From Octopus sinensis (Eukaryota): 64,000 nt of DNA. Position 1 is the stretch's first letter. Every line of letters starts with the position of its first letter. Position numbers and translations under genes: made by a program. The stretch lies in contig NC_042998.1 of assembly GCF_006345805.1 (NCBI RefSeq), positions 205,344,001 to 205,408,000 on the forward strand. Reading direction: 5' to 3'. Under the pieces are notes generated by a model. It did no database searches and had not been told where the DNA came from. It saw nothing but the letters and a program-made list of their open reading frames with translations. Below, one piece after another: positions 1-12,449 of the stretch.

Positions 1-2114
1 GCGGATGCTAAATGATGATGATGATGATGAAATACCTTTAGATACTCACATTATGAACCCCAAGCATTTTCCACACTGCAAACGATAGAAGAGAGACACC
101 AGAGATTGAATATAATGTCCCCCATGCCAGTGCACGAGCGGCAAACGCATGTCCAGTAACCGGGTATTCTCGACTGGGTATCAATGTCTGAAAAATACAA
201 AATAAACATCAAATGTCAGAACAATGAGATGACGAGTATTGTTCTGTTACCATGACATTTTCTCTTAAAGAACTTTATCATAAAAGGAGACCACAAAAGG
301 GCAGTTAAGGGAGTGGGAGAGGCTGCTGGCTCTCGCCTGTGCTTTTAATGCAATTATTTAACTCATTACATTCTAAGTTCAAATCCTTCCAGAGATTAAC
401 TATGCTTTTCAACCTTCCAGGGTCAATGAAATAGGTACGAGCTGAGCAATGGGGTTGATGTAATTTACTGCTCCTTCCCCAACAATTGCAGGCCTTGTGT
501 CTGTACCAGAAAAAGCACTACTACTACTACTACTACTACACTTGACAAAACACTTAGCATTTTGCCCATCTTTACTGGTTTCAAATTCCACCGAGATCAA
601 CTTTATCTTTCATCCTTTCTGGGTCTATGAAATAAGTACCAGCTTATTACTGGGGGGGGGGGGGGTCAGTGCAATTGACAAGCTCCCTTCAAATTTCAGA
701 CCTTGTGCCTAGAGTAGAAAGGATTATTATTATTAAGGTTTATAGCTGACAGAATGATTAAAGATGCCAAGCGAAGAAATGCTGAATGGCATTTCGTCCA
801 GCTTCATTTTCTGAATTCAAATTCTGCCAGGGTCGACAAAAGATGTCGTAATCAAGCGTTAGGGGTCGATATGATCGACTAGTCCCCTCCCCCAAATCTC
901 TCGTGAACTGAACAAAACGTTTCATAGCATTTTTCTCTGTCCTTAGGTTCTGTGTTCAAATTCCACCAAGGTTGACTTTGCCTTTCATCTTTCCAGGGTC
1001 AATAAAATAACTACCAGCTGGAGCAGTGGGATCAACTAACCCCTCTCCATTAAAATTGCTGGCTTTGTTCCAAAGTTAGAAAGTACCATTATTATCATTA
1101 TTATTACCAGACTAGACCAAATTCTTAACGATATTTTGTTCATTTTGTACATTCTGAGGAGAAATTTCGCTGAGGTTGACCTTGCCTCTCATCCTTTCAA
1201 GGTTGATAAACTGTAATACAGTCAGATACTAGTATAAGACCAACAAGCTGAGGGACGGGGAGATGTTGGTCAGGACCATCAATGCCATACTTAACTGGCA
1301 CTTTATTTTACAGACCCTGATAGGATGAAAGTTAAAGATGACTTGCCCCCACGTTCCATGCCACCTCTCAAAATTGCTGACCTTGTGCCAAAGCAATCAT
1401 TATTAAGGACAAATGTCCCTAATAATACTGAACAAAATATTGGGTTAGACTTTAAGGCAAGTCATCCTCAGTGTGACTGTGGTGGTGGTGGTGGTGGTGG
1501 TGGTGAAACCATCCAGTCATAGAATTGTTAGAGATAAGAACCTTCTTAATCAGTTGATCTCTCAAATGTCCCAGTTTCATTTCATGGTTGAGCGATTGGC
1601 AACAGCAGCAACCACAACAATAATCTCCAACTGTTAAACACCTGCTGAACCAAACGATGGAAATGGTTGAATTGGCAAACTTATAACATTTCGGATGAAA
1701 GAGAGGGCTGCCAACCGTATACAAAGGACAAACAGACACAACAGAAAAACATGTTTTCCTTTGGTGTCACAGAAGATAATGCATAAAATGTGGTGCAGTG
1801 AATTATTGATGGTTATTTATAATAGATCTCACAAGACTTCGCAAAGGAAAGTTGAAGGGCAGTTTTATGAGGTGGTTTGGTAGGTCAGGCAATCTTGGTG
1901 AAGCAAGTTTTGGGATATACAGTGGACGGGTGAGGGGGGATGGGGGTAAACAGTAGTAAATGATATGAAAGTTCATTCTAGAAGTGTTTAGAGTCAGACT
2001 CTGATGCAGAATGAGTTTTGTCAGGATAGAAATTACGAGGGAAAATAATGATTGAAGAAGAAACAGGTAGGTTTCCTTTGTATTCTTGGCTTTACAAAAA
2101 ATTATTAGATAAAT

Positions 2115-3018
2115 GCAGGAGTGGCTGTGAGGCAAGAAGTTTGCTTCCCAACCACATGGTTCCAGGTTCAGTTCTACTGTGTGGCACCTTGGGCAAGTGT
2201 CTTCTGCTAGAGCCTCAGGCTGACCAAAACCTTGTGAGTGGATTTTGTGGACAGAAACTGAAAGAAGCCTATCATGTGTGTGTGTGTGTGTGTTTGTCCC
2301 CCAGCACTGCTTGACAACCAGTATTGGTGTACATACATCTCTGTAACTTAGTAGTTCGGCAAAAAATATCAACAGAACAAGTACCAGGCTCAAAAAAATA
2401 AAAAAAGCACTGGGGTTGATTCATTTGACAAAAATTCCACAAGGAGGTGCTCCAGCATGACCAGTCTAATGACTAAAACAAGCAAAAGATAAACTTTAAT
2501 GACAAAGCAGCAACAACAACCAGCATCTGTTTATGATGTGTGAAACCAATTAGAAAATGTTCTGAGTTTCTCAAGATTTTTTTGGAGGGTTCAGTTAATG
2601 AAAATAATTCATTAACATTTAAATTTGTTTGGTCTAATTTATTCTTTTATTTGTTTCAGTCATTTGACTGAGACCATGCTGGAGCACTGCCTTTAGTCGA
2701 CCAAATTGACCCCAGGACTTATTCCTTGTACACCTAGTACTTATTCTATTGGTCGCTTTTGCTGAACCGCTAAGTTACGGGGACATAAATACACCAGCAT
2801 CAGTCGTCAAGTGATGGTAGGGGGACAAACACAGACACACAAACACACACATATATATAAGATGGGCTTGTTTCAGTTTCCGTCTAACAAATTCACTCAT
2901 AAGGCTTTGGTCAGCCTGAGCCTATAGTAGAAAACACTTGTCCCAAGGTGCCACACAGTGGGACTGAACCCAGAACCATGTGGTCAGTAAGCAAGCTACT
3001 TATCACACACCCACTCCT
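2115..3018. mobile_element. Two inverted copies of tRNA-derived SINE family B (2115-2492 plus, 2643-3018 minus)
   Basis: GGAGTGGCTGTG..GGTTCAGTCCCAC..GGGCAAGTGTCTTC..(TG)n..CAGCATGG..GACTGAAACAAG consensus. Confidence 0.8.
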
Positions 3019-3161
3019 AACTTTGATACAGGAAATAATTGAATCCTTTCCCTCTGTCAGGAATGGAGAAAAGAATCAAATTATTTTCTAGTTTCATTCC
3101 TGCAGCTTTCAGAATTGTTGTTGTTGAATCATCATCATTTGACATCCATTTACGATGCTGA

Positions 3162-3351
3162 TGTGGGTTGGAGAGGCTGGTGTGGGTTGGAGAGGCTGGT
3201 GTGGGCTGGAGAGGCTGGTGTGGGTTGGAGAGGCTGGTGTGGGCTGGAGAGGCTGGTGTGGGTTGGAGAGGCTGGTGTGGGCTGGAGAGGCTGGTGTGGG
3301 CTGGAGAGGCTGGTGTGGGTTGGAGAGGCTGGTGTAGGTTGGAGAGGCTGG
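3162..3351. repeat. G-rich 19-bp minisatellite, 10 units
   Basis: Unit TGTGGG(T/C)TGGAGAGGCTGG; explains the periodic ORFs at 3115-3504. Confidence 0.97.
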
Positions 3352-3640
3352 TGCAGTCTGAGTGAAGTCTTTATGAAGAATTATACTGCTTCCCTAAATG
3401 TAGTGGAGGACCAGGTTTCAGCCAAACATGGCATGGTTTCTATAGCTCACCCACCTCTTCACAGACTGGCAATGGCACAGGTGAGGTTGTCTTGTAACAC
3501 CTAAAGTTACAGAATCCTTGATTTATTATGATGCAAACATATGCACAAAGTAATATGTCTGAAGAGGTGAGCAGAAGAGAGAGCGACAACAGAAGAATAA
3601 GCAGGGGTGGGGGAGAGAAAGCATGAAGGGTTGTAATACA

Positions 3641-4030
3641 GGTGAGCTGGCAGAATCGTTAGCATGCTGGGCGAAATGCTTCGCAGTATTTCGTCTGCTG
3701 TTACGTTCTGAGTTCAAATTCCGCCGAGGTTGACTTTGCCTTTCATCCTTTCGGGGTGATTAAATAAGTACCAGTTACGCACTGGGGTTGATATAATCAA
3801 CTTAACCCGTTTGTCTGTCCTTGTTTGTCCCCTCTGTGCTTAGCCCCTTGTGGGTAGTAAAGAATAGGTATTTTGCCCATTATATGTTCCGAGTTCAAAT
3901 TCCACTGAGGTTGACTTTGCCTTTCATCCTTTCAGGGTTGATTAAATAAGTACCAGTAATCGACAATCCCTTTGTCTGTCCTTATTTGTCCCTTCTATGT
4001 TTAGCCCCCTGTGGGCAATAAAGAAATAGA
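3641..4030 (+). mobile_element. tRNA-derived SINE family A, head-to-tail dimer
   Basis: GGTGAGCTGGCAGAATCGTTAGC (A box) ... GAGTTCAAATTCC (B box) ... GCCTTTCATCCTTTCGGGG; the second unit restarts at GGTATTT (3867). Confidence 0.85.
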
Positions 4031-4192
4031 TGGGTTGTAATGCAGGTGGAAGTGATCAATGGTGAAAGTGAGTGATGGCTGGCATTAGAGGAGAGATTTG
4101 TGAGGAGGGGCACAAACAAAAAAAAGAAATCATCAAAGCAAAATCTATTTGAAAAAGTTTCAATGTTATTTTGAAATATTAAACTGATTTAC

Positions 4193-4293
4193 CTTAGCAA
4201 ACATAGCAGGGTCTTTCTTTTTAGCCATGGCCACCGTTGTTCCAAAGCCAAACAAAAGAGAAGTCGTTGTCAAAGTGGTAAAGAATGCGGCTC
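4193..4293 (-). CDS. TMEM242: Transmembrane protein 242, coding exon 2 (101 nt)
   Basis: Acceptor ttttgcttgtgtttcag| and donor AAG|gtaaat. With the phase-1 G from exon 1 it encodes GAAFFTTLTTTSLLFGFGTTVAMAKKKDPAMFAK, which matches the TMEM242 motif GGIFLGTV..GFITTLSLAKKKSPEWFNK as I recall it. Confidence 0.9.
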
Positions 4294-5878
4294 CTGAAAC
4301 ACAAGCAAAACCATTCTCAGCAATTTTACCATCTCTTATAATTCTATCAATAACATTATCATCGTTGATTTTTTGCTTGGATTCAGCTTTTGCTTTTTTA
4401 AACTGTTTTCGTAAAATTTGTTCAACTTTGCCACCCTGGGGTAATATCAGGAAATACACAATAATTATAATTTCACTTTTCTTAAGTTTCTTGGTGCTTA
4501 TATCCATGAAATGAATACTAATTTTCAAAAGCAAAATATTACCTGAAAATCAAACAAGTTTCTCATTTGTGTATTTGCATTTAATATCATTTCCCAGCTT
4601 TGATCAACACAAGCCACAATTCTACTCCACCCAATAATTTCATGAAAACTGCATATTTTTCAGAAACACTCTTCCTACACATTTTATGTTAATTCTCTCC
4701 CTCTCTCCCCCCCTCCTTTCTGTCTATGATGTAAAACAGGACTACAGAACTCAGCCAGCAACATTTTTGTTATATCATTTGTTATGAAAAGAGTCTGAAA
4801 CTATTAACATCTGTGTAGATCAGATCTAAGCTCATACAGCCAATGGCTTGAGCCTCCAGCTGGGTCTGTAACTTGTTAGAAATAGTAACCGAATATCTCT
4901 CAGATCACAACCTACTGCCTTTCAAAAATGAAGGACATATTGGACAATGATGTCTCAGATAATTTATGCCTGAATAGACAAGATGGTCATGACTGGAATG
5001 TCTTTTGATCATAACCTTGTTCCATCTATTCTCTCCTTTTCAATGAATTTCCCCCAATACCCCATGAGTCCTCCTCACACAATCCAAAACATGATGGCCA
5101 CTTCTGCTCCAGCTGCCTTGAAGTACATTTCAGCTGAAGGCCAGTAAGTCGGCCTGCATTAATATTTCAAATATCTAATTAATAAATTAATTTTATTTCA
5201 TTCTCAGCAATTAGTTACTCATTAGATGAGGACCAATCCAAAAGTATCGGGACTGGTGCTATAAAAAGAAAACTACAACACATAGCAAGAGCCAAGAAAA
5301 CCTGTCTGCCACAACAGAACGGATACCAGTGTTGGTGCCACGTTAAAAGCATCTAATACACTCTATGGAGTGGTTGGCATTAGGAAAGGCAGCCTGTCAT
5401 AGAGACCATCCCAGAACAGACTATGGAGCCTGGTGTGGCGCCTGGCCTTACCAGCTCCAGTCAAACCCGGAAACCCATGCCAGCATGGAAAATGGGCATT
5501 AAATGATGATGATGATGATATCAATTTGGCATTTAATCTCCTCCAAAGGAGCCACACTATCCAGTGTCGTTTTCAGTGATGGAAGCATTTCTGGAACTCC
5601 TTTCTTGGGACACTAAGTACCTGCCTCATCGCTTTCTCTTGGATTTCCTTGATGCCCTTGAAATTTCATTCCTTTCAAATGGGATTTCATCATCACCATC
5701 GTTTAATGTCTGTCTTCCATGCTGGCATGGGTGGGATGGTTTGACAGGGGCTGGCCAGGCATGAGTCTGCACCAGACTTCTGTGTCTGTTTTGGAATGGT
5801 TTTTACAGCTGGATGCCCTTCCTAATACCAACGGGAAAAAGGAAAAGTCACAAAGGGTGAGATCTGGTAACATGGTAG

Positions 5879-6170
5879 TTAGTTAGTTAGTTAATTTTTT
5901 GGCTCAAAAAGCAAAAAAGCAAGGCCATGTAGGGGGACATGGAGTTATGTACAGGATGGTGTTCATGCAAAGAGTTCAGGTCATTTGTGGTCAAGGGAGA
6001 CTTTGAACCGAGCGGTCGTCGGCATCTTCACCATCTTGTCCGGCAGCTTATTCCACAGATCCGCAACCCGGACGGAGAAAGCCCCTCTCCTTCAATTGAG
6101 ATGAAATCGTCGCAGATAGAGCTTTTCGGAATGACCCCGCAGCCGACGCTCTGGAGCAGGAGTGAAGAAC
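5879..6170 (-). mobile_element. CR1-group LINE 3' end with (TAAC)n tail
   Basis: Closely similar to 62779-63070; abuts a mariner relic. Confidence 0.85.
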
Positions 6171-6171
6171 G

Positions 6172-6510
6172 GATGAGGGGAATGTTGTGCTGGATCCAAA
6201 ACTGCAGTGAAAGGGCATGGTGCATTGTCCTGGTGGAGTTGCCACTCACCAGACACATTCAATTCTGTCCTTTTCTAATGAACAACATCCTACAAATGCC
6301 ACATGTCATGGTAGTCCTCCTTGTTTGTTGCCTGACCAAGTGGAGCAGACTCATGATGAACAAACCCCCTTGTAATAGAAGAAAACTGTCAATAGTGTCT
6401 TCACATTGCTTCGACTCTTTTATGCTTTCTTTGGTCTTGGAGAGGTTGGGGTTTTCCACTCTGAAAGATTGAATCTTGGTTTTAGGGTCGTAGCCATAGA
6501 CAATTCATCA
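6172..6510 (-). mobile_element. Mariner (DD34D) transposase relic
   Basis: Hand translation gives DE..YGYDPKTK...WKTPTSPRPKKA.KSRSNVKTLLTVFF...WQLHQDNAP with frameshifts and stops; a possible TIR remnant lies near 5228-5255. Confidence 0.8.
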
Positions 6511-7852
6511 AAATTAATTTTCTCCAAAATTCCATTTTTTAACATCTTTCTTCCCCCACTCCGCACCGACCACCATCTTTTAGAATTTTTTTTCTCACTT
6601 TTTGCCTTTTTGTAAAAAACATTTTATGCTTCTCAACCACCTGATTTTGTGTTCAATCCCTGTGTGTGACACTGCCCAGAAGAATTCTCAGTCAAAGGAG
6701 TCAATGCCAGTACTTTCTGTTTTTAAAGCCTGACACTTATTCTATCGATCTCTTTTGCCAAACCACTAAGTTATGGGGATATAAACACACCAACACCAGT
6801 AGTCAAACAATGCTGGGGGTAAAACAAACACAGACACACACGAGGGGGTGGCAAAATTAGTAACCAAGGTAAAACAAGTAATTTCTAATTTCTCATTTTT
6901 TCATCATCATTTTATATTGCTGCGTTATGTCTGGGAGTAGAAGTTGGGCAGCAGAGTTGTTGCTGTTGTTGTTGAGGTGGGAAGAGTTCAAAACATAGTC
7001 AAGCGACAGGTTCTCTTTTTTATCCAAGAAATTTTACCTCAACTCTGACCCAGTTATAATTGAGGTTGCTGGTGAAATAACTGGATGATTTTTGGTGTTT
7101 GACAAACAATATTCTTTTCTCTGTGGGAGAAATAAATATTTATGAAGTCTAATTTGATAATTTTCAAGTTTCAAAATATGCTGTCTAAAAATGGAGTAAA
7201 AATTGGTAATGCCTAATTCCTTCTCTTTAACTGCACGGCGAATAAATATATGATGAAGAGGACACTTCAGCAGATTGTGAAGAAGTTGTAGAGAATATTT
7301 TATGATGAGCTTTTCTATTTAGTCTAGTTTCATTAATTTCATATCATGGTACCATTTTCCTGTTCCTCTTTCATCTGACATACACACACACACACACATA
7401 TATATATTGGCATTTCTGATCTTTCTTATGTCTAGGGATGGATATTGGATGTGTATGAGTCGGTTTTCAAATGTAATTCTGGAAAACTGAAGTGGCAAGT
7501 TTACCTTATCCTGTGTTACTCATTTTGCACCAGTCAAATTTGTCTTTTCTATGCTCAAAGAAAATAGCGATAATATTCTGAAATATTCAGATTATGCTAT
7601 AATGCTTTTCAATGCATTTAGGGAAAGCCATTTGCTTAGCAATTTCATTTTTGTAAGGTAATGAACATTTGTAAAAACAATATTTTGTCTCCAAGTCAAA
7701 AATGCCTCATTGTGTCCCAACCCCATACGATGGGCTTCGTTCAGTTTTCGTCTATCAAATGCCCTCTCTGAGGCTGTAGTAGAGAAGATACTTGCTGAAA
7801 AGGTGCAACGCAATGGAAAGCAAACTTCTTAACGCACAGTAACACAAGCACT

Positions 7853-8254
7853 TACTCTCTTTTACTTGTTTCAGTCATTTGACTGCGGCCATGCTGGAGC
7901 ACCGCCTTTAGTCGAGCAAATCGACCCCAGGACTTATTCCTTGTAAGCCCAGTACTTATTTTATCGGTCTCTTTTGCCGAACCGCTAAGTTACAGGGACG
8001 TAAACACACCAGCATCGGTTGTCAAGCAATGCTAAGGGGACAAACACAGACATACAAACAAACACACACACATATATATATACATATATACGACAGGCTT
8101 CTTTCAGTTTCCGTCTACCAAATCCACTCACAAGGCATTGGTCGGCCTGGGGCCATAGTAGAAGACACTTGCCCAAGATGCCACGCAGTGGGACTGAACC
8201 CGGAACCAAGTAGTTGGTTAGCAAGCTACTTACCACACAGCCACTCCTGCGCCT
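7853..8254 (-). mobile_element. SINE family B
   Basis: Full-length consensus copy in TMEM242 intron 1. Confidence 0.85.
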
Positions 8255-8973
8255 GTTGTTGAATTTTTTTTCTTGTGTTATGAAATAAAATGATGAAAGA
8301 ATGCCAAAAACAAATTAATTTTAATTGTGGCAACAATTCCAAAGACACAAAAATGCTGGGGGGGGGGGCAAGTAAGAAATTTGTAAAAAAATGAATTTTT
8401 GAAAGAAACTTTTTTTTCTTGATGCGAAAATAAAAAGGACTTCTTCCAAGAATCCTCGTTTTGTTGACGATTTCAGTTAAATGATTGAATCTTCCTAATT
8501 ACTTCCTAATTTACACACAGACACACACGTGTGCCGGCGGTTTTACTTGCAAGTCTCCTTGGCTGAGGACTTAGAGTTGATATCAGTAAAAGAATGTGTT
8601 ATAGAATAGAAGCTTGCTGACCGAAGAGGCCAACTTAGGACTGGGATAAGTCAATCTTGGGTCCAGGACGAAAGTCACCCTTAACAAGACAACGGAATAG
8701 GGAACCCCTACGTGGTTGCTGGCCCAGCTAGAAATAATACTCAAATGACTTCACACCGTTTTGGCAAAAGAACGAGAAACTGTCACAGAATTGCAAGATG
8801 GACCAAGAACCGTGTGGTGCACTTGAGCAGTGTTTACAATAATTTCATAATTATTATTAAAACCGGTCGATTCTGATCCTGTGCCTCTACAGGACTGGCC
8901 TGGGGTTAAACACTATCACCTCAGACACTCAGCATAATGTTCAATGAATAATTAACATAAAAATAGAAAATAC

Positions 8974-9118
8974 CTTTTAAATTAGACAGTCTATTATTTC
9001 GCTGGTTCTTAATCTGCGTGTCCTCCTCATTAGTTCCTGCCAATAAAGTAGGTTCAGGCTTTATTTCTTCATTTAATCGGTTCTGCTTCGATCCGTCGTC
9101 GTCAGCCGATGAAGCCAT
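8974..9118 (-). CDS. TMEM242: Transmembrane protein 242, coding exon 1 (145 nt)
   Basis: ATG in caaaATGG context; MASSADDDGSKQNRLNEEIK...RLSNLK then G|gtattt donor in phase 1, which joins exon 2 in frame to give LKGAAFF. Confidence 0.85.
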
Positions 9119-9540
9119 TTTGAAAACATTGCCAAGGTGAATTTACAATAAATCTATAAATGTTATTATTTAAATCAAATTTCATTATCTTTTATATTTT
9201 GGTGTAGAAATTAAATTACTAGCAACACCAATTCTTTTTTCTTCATTTTATATTGTTTAATATTGCTCAAAAGAAATAAATGACAGACGACAACATTTTA
9301 ACCAATCATAGTGAAGAATTACATTTTCTGCGCTCCGGAATATCTCCTTAGCAACCAAACAACAAACAACACTCGTTTTTGTTTTTTTTTACTGGAACAT
9401 TTCTAAAGAGGTGAGAAAGAAATTTGGCGCCAAGACAGTTAGGTTAGTCCACTAAATATTCCTTCTTTATAATATTTACTGTTTTGTTGTGGAGCGGCGG
9501 AGAGCGATTTAACGAACTCCTCGACAATGACACCACAACT
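9119..9540. promoter_or_regulatory. Putative bidirectional TMEM242/RSPH3 promoter with a probable non-coding first exon of RSPH3 (donor AG|GTTAGT at 9442/9443)
   Basis: Local CpG enrichment directly upstream of the TMEM242 ATG. RFX half-site-like TAGCAAC within 9216-9226 and 9342-9355 (ATCTCCTTAGCAAC). E2F-like TTTGGCGCCAA at 9423-9433. The RSPH3 ATG exon has a splice acceptor 9 nt upstream, so an upstream exon is required. Confidence 0.55.
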
Positions 9541-10077
9541 AAAACATCTACGAAAATATTTTTGTGTAAAATTGTATTTCCTCTTTAATAGTTTTTTGTA
9601 ATATTTTATCCTACATATTAATTTTTTATATTTAATTAGTTTTATTGAAGAAATCTATTTATTGACGCAAAATATTTGTTAAATAGTGTTCTTAATTGTA
9701 AAGTAGAAAGATCTCAGAGAACCAGTTTTAATTTCCGGTTGCGGTTACATCTCTTACATAAATTGTAAATTTCCCTTAAAAAAAAGGCATGAACATCACA
9801 CAATCTCGTTCCTTTTCTCTAAGCCCAAAATGTTTCAATCTTTTCCCTTTGGTTGTCTCCCTTTAATTGCAAGTCAGAATCGTCTTCCCCGCCAACACTG
9901 TAAGAAGAGACACAGCCAGAAACTCGAATCTTTACTTGTACGGTGGTGGGCACGGGAGTAATTAAAGTGTCTAGTCATTTAACAATGTGACTGCAAACCT
10001 ATACATTCTGAGTTCAAATCTATTCAAGGTCAACTTTGCGTCCTTCCAGGATTGATTGATAAATAAAGCATCTCTCA

Positions 10078-10640
10078 CCAAGTCCTTTGTGAGCCGCTCT
10101 CCAGCTATCTATCTGAGGCTCTATATACCTATGGTAAGACCTCACCTGGAATTTGCATCACTGGTCTGAAACTCCTATCTTGCCCAGGATATTAATCGTC
10201 TGGAAGCCGTTCAGCGACGTGCAACCAAGAGAATACCCACCATCCAGCATTTGCCATATTCTGAATGCCTTACTTCCCTGGGCATGGACACATTGAAACT
10301 CCGACGTCTGGCAGCTGACTTGGCAGACACCCATAAAATTATTAACCATCTTACAAACAATAACTCTGAGCACCTTTTCAAACTCCACCCGTCTAACACC
10401 CGTGGACATGTTTACAAAGTCAGAAAACAGCACAGCTCCCATGACTTTTGGAAACATTTTTTCACGCTGAGAGTTGCTGAAGCATGAAACAAACTGCCGG
10501 CATCGGTTGTTTGTTGTCGGAGCACTGCATCCTTCAAAACTTCCATGCTTCCTGAGATTCGCCAACACTACACCTGATTTTCTCCCCTCCATACACTGTT
10601 CACTTCCCAGTTGTGGTGCACCTGAGCACTGTATACAATA
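10078..10640 (+). mobile_element. CR1/L2-group LINE 3' fragment
   Basis: LEAVQRRATKRI...PYSECLTSLGMDTLKLRRLAADL...NTRGHVYKV...FFTLRVAEA. Confidence 0.85.
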
Positions 10641-11539
10641 ATCTCATTATTATATATAAAGAACTGAATTGATTTACTGTTCTTGAAGAAGAACATCGGA
10701 GATGTGAACAGGATTACAGCAGAAAATTCCAGTCCTGTGTCCATAGTTGACGGAATACTTGTGAGGATTTGAACTCAACACCTCTAAGTTGCTTCGTTCT
10801 AAACATGATCCACATGGATATTTTCGTTTCCTTGGAACATACCACTGAATGAAATAATTTTGGTAATTATTTTTACTGACGAGTTGCGAAAAATAATGTG
10901 GGCCCTAATTAGCAGGGTAGAGCAGCTGTAATTAATGAGTCTTGGGTGTGGTGGGGGTTTTGTATCCGAATTGGCCTGATTTTCTTTTCACTTGTGTGCC
11001 CGGGGAGGAGGTTAGAGGTGGTCCGTTCCGGCGATTCTGTTACGGGCAGCATTTTTTATTTTGCTGTATAGGTTTGAGGGCATGAGGTAGACACACTGTG
11101 CCACTGGTTCTCTAGGGTCTGCAACCGTAGATGTGTTATTAACGCTGCTAAATATCTTGAGAATGTCACAGAACCTCAGTCCTTCTTTAAGAAATTCTTA
11201 TAACTCTTTATAAATAACCGAACATGTGTCTAAGTAAGAAATCAATTTATCGGACTGGCTGACTCGGTTGAATAGCAAAGTCATTAAAGGAAGAATTTCA
11301 ACTAAGAACAAGGAAGGGAAACAACTAGAACAAAGAAGATGAACGAAGGCAGTTGTGCTTTATTATCTGAGACCCAGACAAGGTTTTATGTAAGAAATGA
11401 TGGAGGAATAGAAAAACAGGTAGAAAAGTGAAAGGAATTGAAATAGTGAGGGAGTTTATGAAGAGACAAGAAAAGTCAGGTGGAAGGAGAAAGCTATGGA
11501 GTGATAACTGTCCAAAGTGTTGGTAGAGAGAGTAAGGGG

Positions 11540-12300
11540 AGAGGGGCAAACCTGTTCTGCACACTTGTGCTGTGTTTGAGTATTGCTCACTTGTGGAGTT
11601 GTATCAAACAGCTGTTTTGTGTGTGGGGTGGGGACGAATCTATCAACTGAATCCATTTTGAGGATCATCCCACCACCCATCCTTAACAAGGCAGGAAAGA
11701 TGGTGTTCCTCTGTCTAGAGACAAAAGAGGTTATGTGGTGGACGAAGCTGAAAGAATTGAGGAAAAACACATTCCTCTTTGGTCAAGCTCTCATCAACTG
11801 TTTTAAAGTTTCACTCAAAAAGGAAAGTGAGGGAGGAGAGAGAAGTGCTGCCTCCCAATGACTTTGTGAAAAGATGGGTGACTATGGCGAAAATTGTTAG
11901 AGTGAATGGCCCTACTCTAAGTAAGCGCTTGTAGATTGGAGAACAGGAGAGAGGCTTGTGACTTTGGTAGTCAGGGTGATTCTGGGTCTGTGGTGTTCCT
12001 TGATTGACCCTTGTTGGAGTTTCTCCTGTATCAGGGGGATTGCATCACTTGTGTTGTTCCATATTTTGTAGACTCTATACACTTGTATCTGTTGCCAGCA
12101 TCCTCTGAGTGGCAGATTCGGTCTGCTGTGGCTCCTAATGTGCGGACATACTTTTAGGTTACACCACCTGCAATGGTTTCTGGATGGTAAACATGTGTGG
12201 ACTCCATTTGTGAGGTATGTCTTTCTGCAGCTTGTCTCCTTAACAGAGCTGTAGTCCTGAGGGAAGAAAAAACCAAGACCGGGCACCTGGCACCTAGAAT
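11540..12300 (+). mobile_element. Tx1/L1-like LINE 3' end with 3' UTR
   Basis: KAGKMVFLCL..KEVMWWTKLKELR.NTFLFGQALINCFK; near-identical copy at 28316-28682; a related second copy follows at 12450-13320. Confidence 0.55.
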
Positions 12301-12449
12301 ATTGTCAGGTGCCCACAGCCCCCCCCCCACCAGTCGGGCAATGGGATTGATGGATGCCCCACTTTAGAAATCTATTGAGGATTAGTAGGGGGGGAAGTGT
12401 GACGATGTTCTTGGAGAGACACTGGGTGCCACTAAAAACGAACCGGCTA

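Noticed and set aside
3115-3504. Trp/Gly-rich repetitive ORFs
   Set aside because: They result from the 19-bp minisatellite being stop-free in all three frames.
3641-3730. tRNA gene
   Set aside because: The A/B boxes belong to SINE heads and no complete cloverleaf is present; the same applies to the other copies.
1-4190. TMEM242 exons 3-4
   Set aside because: No minus-strand segment encoding the expected ALRALGWG-like motif was found; probably outside the window.
4294-4534. N-terminal extension of ORF 4166-4534 as part of TMEM242
   Set aside because: A good acceptor at 4294/4293 joins exon 1 in the correct phase, so the upstream part is intron.
8621-8680. Hammerhead-like CCGAAGAG...GGACGAAA
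   Set aside because: U4 is missing, there is no UH triplet and no stem I.
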